DNA of 64,000 nucleotides from Veleropilina oligotropha (lineage: Eukaryota), in assembly GCA_048128005.1 (NCBI GenBank), contig JBEUKZ010000066.1:1-64000 (forward strand), written 5' to 3'. Positions 58,774-64,000 of this stretch are shown here, one piece after another; the stretch's first letter is position 1; each line of letters opens with the position of its first letter. Both the position numbers and the translations under genes were made by a program. The notes under the pieces were generated by a model. That model was not told the DNA's origin. It did no database searches and saw only the letters and a program-made list of their open reading frames with translations.

Positions 58774-61700
58774 TTATTAGGGCTTCAAGCTCTTTCAAGC
58801 TTGAAGCCCTATTGAAATTGTACCGGTTATTATTCTTATTCTGACGGTTTTTTGTGGGCACTTTAGCGCGAAAACGGCTATAGCTACAGCTTTCAAAATT
58901 CATGTGTGCTTGGGCACATCATTGAAGCATTGCCTCGTTCTATTTTCAAGTTTCGTGATTTTATGCTTTGGTCGTAATCTTCAATTTTGTAAAAAAATAT
59001 GACCTCTTTTCAAAAACGATATAAGTCTTACACGGCTTTCGAGATCGAGACAAAATCTTCAAAGGCATGATCTAGACTATTGAGACAACAATCTCCTGGA
59101 AATGAAATTTTCATTTTTTCAATGCTAAGATCGCTACGGGCGTCCTAATCTTGACAAAATTAAAAATGACCTCTTTTCAAAAACGATATAAGTCTTACAC
59201 GGCTTTCGAGATCGAGACAAAATCTTCAAAGGCATGATCTAGACTATTGAGACAACAATCTGTTGGAAATGAAATTTTCATTTTTTCAATGCTAAGATCG
59301 CTACGGGCGTCCTAATCTTGACAAAATTTTGAAGTTTTTTCAATTTTTCATTTCTGCAGTATCTTTCAATGCACTCCACGAAATCTTTCCAATCTTCCAG
59401 GGTGAGTGCGCATCGATATCAAGTAATGTTTGCCGCAAAATTTTAGCCAATAAATGCCATGGTTTCGTCGCAATCTTTGATTTTTTGAAAACATTAAAAT
59501 GCGCTTTTCTCAGAACTGAGTAGCGTGATCTTATCGACACTTGGTAGTTTTGACAAAGCGTTATATCGGTATATGTTGTTCTAATGGAATACTTTGTGAG
59601 ACAAATTAAAAAGGAGTTATGAAGACATTAAATTTAATATTAAATTGACTGTAACTTCTTTAATTTTCATTTATATGAAACGTGACGCAATTCATTTTAT
59701 TCGTATCGAAAATATCTAATGTAATATCTATAGAATACATCGCTAAAATGAGTTGCTTGAGAGTTATTAGACTTAGTTTTTTTAGATGAATATTGCTTCA
59801 TAGCACCTCTAAAAATCGTCCTTTTTCTTCCAGATTTTCGCATAAAATATACTATATAAAGATCGTTATATTAGAGAATTGTGACAAGAATACAATAAGT
59901 ACTTTCATTGTTTAAAAAATACTATTTTAATTCCTCGTCTCATTTCGGCGCGACCAGCTCAGTGCTAATTGCCTTATCAGATGAAGTAGGCAGTTTATGA
60001 GCCTGTCTCTTTGAGGTGTCATAAAGCCGCCGCGCCAACCCTGTCCAGTGGACAGCAAGGCCCTTGAGAAGTTCTGGTATCAGGCTTAAGTAAACATTTA
60101 GCCAACAGAAGGCTACATGATTCAGTAACTGTTAATATATGGTGAAAACATTGATATTCTGTTGGTCAGTCCAGTTGCGCATTCATTATTATAGATACTT
60201 CTTAATTTCCATCATAGGTTAATGCACAAGATAATAGATTTAAAAACTTTTCCGTGGAGGTACGCCCTGGCGCACTCGCGCATTCGGCGCTCGTTCGTGT
60301 GTGCGTCACACAGTCTGCATGTAAGCTACCTAAGATGCCGTGCAACGTCATTGCGTTTAATAATTACCGATCAATAATGAAGTGAAATGGTCTTAATTAT
60401 GCTTATGAGTCGCAAGCATTACGCTTTTATTGTTTGATTAGAACATGTAATCGACTAATTTATTTTTCTTTATAAAGAGCAACACACACTAAAAAGCTAA
60501 ATGAATATATAATAGCCATTCACATATCAATAGAAGGAGTTATAACATTATATAATACAAATAGTAGCGAATTATCCCGTGATTGAGGAAATTTATGCTA
60601 GCCTGTGTAAAGCAGATACCAATTTTGTTATTTACACCATGGCGACACAAGCCGATATCGACACATGTATTTCAATCAAATCAACAATTTCAAACAGGCA
60701 CTCAAGACTGTCGCCGCATACGATCCAGTCAGCGATGTCCGCTGTGGCAGATTTTGTGGGCAACATATTATGTGCGACAGGTGTCTATGCGGCCTATCCC
60801 ATTTTAATATAACCTGCATTTATCGAAAATAACAGAGAATGAATGAAGTCAATTATCGAAGTGTTCGCGAATAATCGATTATCAATATTTTACCAACATA
60901 TTAACGCATGTAAAATACACCGCTATGAACGAATAGTTTTGTCAAGTCCATCCAGGGTGCATTAGGGGCGATCTATGGGTACGCGGAGTGCAGGCCATGT
61001 TCACCGAGAAGTGTACACAGTGTACTCCAAGTGCGCCACGAATTACCCGGTAGGGACACTTCTAACATGGGACGCGCTAGAGCTGAACTATGGACGCAAA
61101 CGGAAAGCGACGCGCTAGAGCTGAGCTCTGGACAATTTTGTTATGCCCAGGGCGCGCTCCGAGTTGGCCGAGCATGCCCCGTGTGCCACGAGTAAAGCGG
61201 CATTTACAATTAATGCACTATAACAATTGTATCTACTTGACACAATATTATGCATTATGATCATTGATGACAATCGTTTGCAAGATGACTATTTATAAAT
61301 TTTGGATAATGAATTTATTCCTGAAAATATTGGCAATAACGCTACAGAGATTATAGATTTAAAAACTTTTTCGTGGAGGTATGCCCTGCCGCATTCGGCG
61401 CTCGTTCGTGTGTGCGTCATGAACATCTATTGTACTGACAATTAATCACACAGTCTGCATGTAAGCTACCTAAGATGCCGTACAGGTCGTTGCGTTTAAT
61501 AATTACCACATCAATAATAAAGAAAAATGGTCTTAATTATGCACGACCTCAGTCTGAGCGATGGAGTACCTCACCACTGGACACTGATTATTTATGACAA
61601 CTGATTATTTAATTTAAATTCAAATTAACAAAAATGCAATCTATTTTGCATAATTTTTTGCTTAAAGGGGCTGGTTCCACTTCAACCCGCAAATACGCTT

Positions 61701-62541
61701 TTGAACGCCAAGTAACATACCTTTTTTTGTATGTATTATTTACATAAAGTCATGCTGGTTTGCAAATTACCACATCGTAAAATAAAACTTAACATATTGC
61801 AATAAATGTTTGATATAGCGATTCTGAATAAAAGGCGCGCGTCTTTTTATTCACGGTGATCATTCACGTCGGCTTCAGGAAGTTTCGACCATATCGATAT
61901 GTTTATATTTATTATGAAAACAATACATTATCTGATCATAAAGTTTCAAATAATGGCATTTACCGTATTTTAAAATTGTATGATACATATATTACTATTA
62001 TTATGATATTTAAACATTAAAAATTGACCGGGGGAAACCTCCACGACTTCTATTCAATGGTTTCTAATGCAACCGTTCCACCAAAAATTATGTCTATGAC
62101 TGAAGCGATTATCTAGTAAATATAATACATTATGCTGCATTTTAACTTGCGAATCATCAAATGAGTAGCTGATAAATGCACACAATATGTCATTTGTAGT
62201 TTTCTTTCGAATGTAAATTACGTAATGAAGCGGAACCAGCCCCTTTAATTGTCACATGAATTAGAAGCCTGATAACGCCGGAAACAGCATTTCATAGCAT
62301 CTAGGTTTCAAAATTTTCCAGCCCCCCTAGCACTTTCGGCGTAGAAATCTAAGATTGGCGGCATTCGATTCAGAGTGGCCATATGTATATATCTTAAAAT
62401 ATAAAAAATATTTTTTTAAATTTAGTATTTTTTTGTAATTTTTTTTTTTTAAATTAAACTTTTTTATTTTTTTGTATTTTACGTCTTTTTTTTATTTCGT
62501 TTATCTGATTGAAGCCCTCACAGCTGCTCGCAGCTTTAATT
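58774..62541 (+). mobile_element. HINE-like element, long copy
   Basis: Same termini as 53891-55440; extra ~167-bp tandem duplication (~58999/59166) and ~2 kb extra internal DNA (60241-62290). Confidence 0.85.
61666..62244. mobile_element. Kolobok-like MITE nested in the HINE
   Basis: TIRs aggggctggttccacttca / tgaagcggaaccagcccct; TTAA at 61662-61665 and 62245-62248. Confidence 0.8.
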
Positions 62542-63104
62542 TTTGTTAATGTTCTGCATGTCGAATTTGGAGCACCCAATTTGTATAGCATGAAAAGTGA
62601 GTTCCTTTCAGTTCTTATGATATTGTATGTAAGTTGAATGATAACTGAAAAACTTAGTTCACTCATATTGCTGATAATATGAACAAGATAGACAGAAATA
62701 AAATAAAAAGGAATAATGCATACAAAAATTTTATTATATTGTTATTGTTTTCATTTAGTGAATTCAAGATTTGCTGAAAACTAAGATAAGTAATGTGTAA
62801 TGAAATATAATTGTATTTTTAGGACAACTTGATTAAAAAAATGAGTGCTTGAAAACGTTATCTTATACATTAATAGGCATATCATGTGAATTTTAAACAA
62901 GAAATAGTGTAAATAATACTTAGTTAGAATTTTTATGTTCAAAACAACGATATAATGGATCGCAAATAAAATATTATGCACGCGAAGAACGTTTAATACT
63001 AGCTTTTCTTGTCAATCTGATTATTTTATCCGTCATCAGAATGGCCCTAATTTGTGCCAAGTATGGCCTTAAATTTGACCTTGGCCAATCTTTATGAAAC
63101 ATGT

Positions 63105-63285
63105 TCAAGGTTATTGCCTGGGAAAACCTGCCCATTCCAGCCAGTTACGGACAACAGCAATTGATAACTGAACAGAAAATGTCGTGTCCAACCAAGATTC
63201 GAACCCACTACTGTTAGTTAGCACAATCGAGCCATTGACTTCAGAATTGACACTCGATACCACACGACTACCGGGGTGGCCCGCT
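63105..63285 (-). mobile_element. Diverged tRNA-derived SINE related to 43741-43997
   Basis: Minus strand ggtagtcgtgtgg (A-box-like) ... aacagtagtgggttcgaatc (B box); shares aacagtagtggg with the other SINE. Confidence 0.6.
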
Positions 63286-64000
63286 GAACTGGAGAAACGA
63301 GTACCAATAATCAGAAAAAACATTAAAGTTGGTCAGAATGACTCGAGTTCATTTCGTGCTAGCATGCCTTATTCTAACACTAACAGAAGGGATGTCATAG
63401 AATCCCGTTACCCATGATCCTTCGATTGAAGACTAAATCAAGGTTTCAGCTTTAGACATGAGTTGATTGATGACTGAAAAAGTGTTAAAATGTGGTTGTA
63501 AAACTAAACTGATTCAAATCATCGCATTGGTGATCAAGATGGCGTTCATGGCACTAAACTGTTATGAAAGCCCCATTCTTACAAAACGGAGCAGAAAGCA
63601 GTCCACCAGAGACGCTCAGGGCCACGGTAACGTTGTTCTCCAGATGAATCTACTGAGGATGCCAAATCCTTGCAACATGCTCTAGAACAAGTAGAAGACA
63701 TGAGATGATAGAAACGACCATGTGCTACCGATGACGTATTACAAAAACAAAACCAAGCATTTCGTACAATCACCTTCACAGTTACAAAGTTTAACCTATC
63801 CGTTCTCCTGAAAGGCAACAAAAAATATTGACAGGACACTATTAACTAATAGCACACAACCTTTATATAATCTTGTGGATCATATTTTTGGCTTTTGGAC
63901 TTAGAAATTTTCATTAAAGAGTTTTTAGCTAAAGTTTCTCAAGCATGCTATATATGCAACAATGGGCATACTTTGGCATAGTTCTTTGTCAGATATCACT

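Noticed and set aside
54277..59540. Duplicated short ORFs (54277/59329, 57390/57668) as paralogous genes
   Set aside because: They arise from repeated HINE copies and the two arms of the foldback MITE

Overview
This is AT-rich animal genomic DNA (spliced gene, LINEs, SINEs, MITEs, satellites), probably from an invertebrate. The main feature is a GC-rich, apparently intact 15,241-bp endogenous Polinton/Maverick-like virus at 25285-40525. It has ~193-bp terminal inverted repeats, AG...CT ends and a 5-bp GCTTA target-site duplication, and carries about 15 tightly packed intronless ORFs. These include an rve integrase, an A32-like packaging ATPase, probable major and minor capsid proteins and many membrane proteins, one with adjacent PSAP and LYPxL late-domain-like motifs. 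Its 1290-aa replication protein appears to fuse an OTU-like Cys/His protease, a divergent family-B polymerase with no recognisable proofreading domain, a Pif1/RecD-like SF1 helicase and an HNH-like nuclease. No adenain-type maturation protease was recognised. The only host gene is TCTE1/DRC5 (minus strand, 3 coding exons, ~510 aa). The remainder is a 41-bp satellite, a 59-bp tandem array, decayed RTE and CR1/L2-type LINEs, Helentron-associated (HINE-like) elements, several MITEs and tRNA-derived SINEs. All family assignments come from reading motifs by eye; no database search was run.
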